Source: Chlorokybus atmophyticus (Eukaryota; Plantae; Mesostigma and Chlorokybus algae). Taken from it: a DNA stretch of 46,203 nt. The notes below the pieces were generated by a model, which was not told where the DNA came from, made no database searches, and saw only the letters and a list, made by a program, of their open reading frames with translations. This document shows positions 45,695 to 46,203 of the stretch, one piece after another. The translations under genes and the position numbers were made by a program. How positions within the stretch are numbered: position 1 is the first letter of the stretch; every line of letters begins with the position of its first letter. The DNA lies in NCBI GenBank assembly GCA_009103225.1, contig RHPI01001464.1, positions 1-46,203 of the forward strand, given 5' to 3'.

Positions 45695-46203
45695 ATGAAG
45701 CCGGCTGCTTGCGGTGGGGGAGGGCGGAAGCTGCTTCTCTCCCCGACCGTGCGTCATTATCTCTGTTGGCGTCACTGCCTGCTCCAGCCTCCGACCTCGC
45801 GGCCACGGAGGAAAAAAACTACACGTTTCAAACAGGCGTGGATTTGAGGGCGTACATGTACGCTCTTGTTGCACCCGATTACAATCTTCTGGCGGTCAAG
45901 TTCTTCACCATCTACTTCCATGTGACGTGGCCTAGTCGGGCGAGGCCCTGGTCAGCAATGCGCAAACGACGTCCGTGTCTGCCGCGATGGGGGAGGAGGA
46001 CCACACGACCAGCAAGGTAAGGGTGCTATTGCCCAAGCCCAAGCCCAAGCCCAAGCCAAAGCCAAAGCCCAAGACTCCTCCGCCCCNCAAGCCCAAGCCA
46101 AAGCCAAAGCCCAAGACTCCTCCGCCCCCCGCCCCTACCTACAATAATTCCGATTCCGGCCACACCCGACACCGCCGGCGGGTCCGGGGGGAATAACTTA
46201 CTT
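45695..46203 (+). pseudogene. Pseudogene paralogue of gene A exon 3 (runs off the window end)
   Basis: Three frames give MKPAACGGGGRKLL, AATEEKNYTFQTGVDLRAYMYALVAPDYNLLAVKFFTIYFHVT and EEDHTTSK, matching KTAASKGGARKLL, AATEEYYAFLTGVEKEAYDYALYTPGYSPLAAKFLTNYFNVT and VEDHTTNR of gene A. 46119-46203 is identical to 35541-35625. Confidence 0.88.
46032..46130 (+). repeat. (CCCAAG/CCAAAG)n tract encoding (PK)n-TPPP
   Basis: Direct hexamer repeats, with a duplicated KPKPKPK-TPPP unit. Confidence 0.85.

Overview
This is a eukaryotic, intron-rich window with short GT-AG introns, GTGAGT/GTGCGT/GTAAGT donors and TGCAG-type acceptors. A green-algal origin is my inference only. From left to right it holds: (1) a decayed L1-clade LINE (1-6000) with an A-rich tail; (2) a relic signal-peptide exon; (3) gene A, a 7-exon minus-strand gene (7692-9858, ~558 aa) for a secreted protein with a Pro-rich hinge and a DPH-motif VWD/root-cap-like domain; (4) about 5 kb of degraded, repeat-bearing DNA; (5) a young, nearly intact Ty3/gypsy chromovirus (15737-21784) with 672-bp LTRs, a CTGCC target-site duplication, PBS, PPT, gag and pol with a chromodomain; (6) gene B, a ~21-exon minus-strand gene (~23475-29705, ~1310 aa) for a secreted protein with a NIDO domain followed by five tandem PKD/Ig-like modules, each encoded by two exons; and (7) an apparent ~10.6-kb tandem unit starting at 30469 and again at 41101. 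That unit contains an AT-rich block, an internally inverted pseudogene paralogue of gene A, two spliced genes of unknown family and a palindromic satellite, and it is interrupted by assembly gaps. I found no rRNA, tRNA or CRISPR array. The best novelty candidate is the cluster of secreted, animal-ECM-like (NIDO, VWD-like) genes with their duplicated and decaying relatives. All gene models were spliced by eye and all domain calls come from motif recognition, not database searches.
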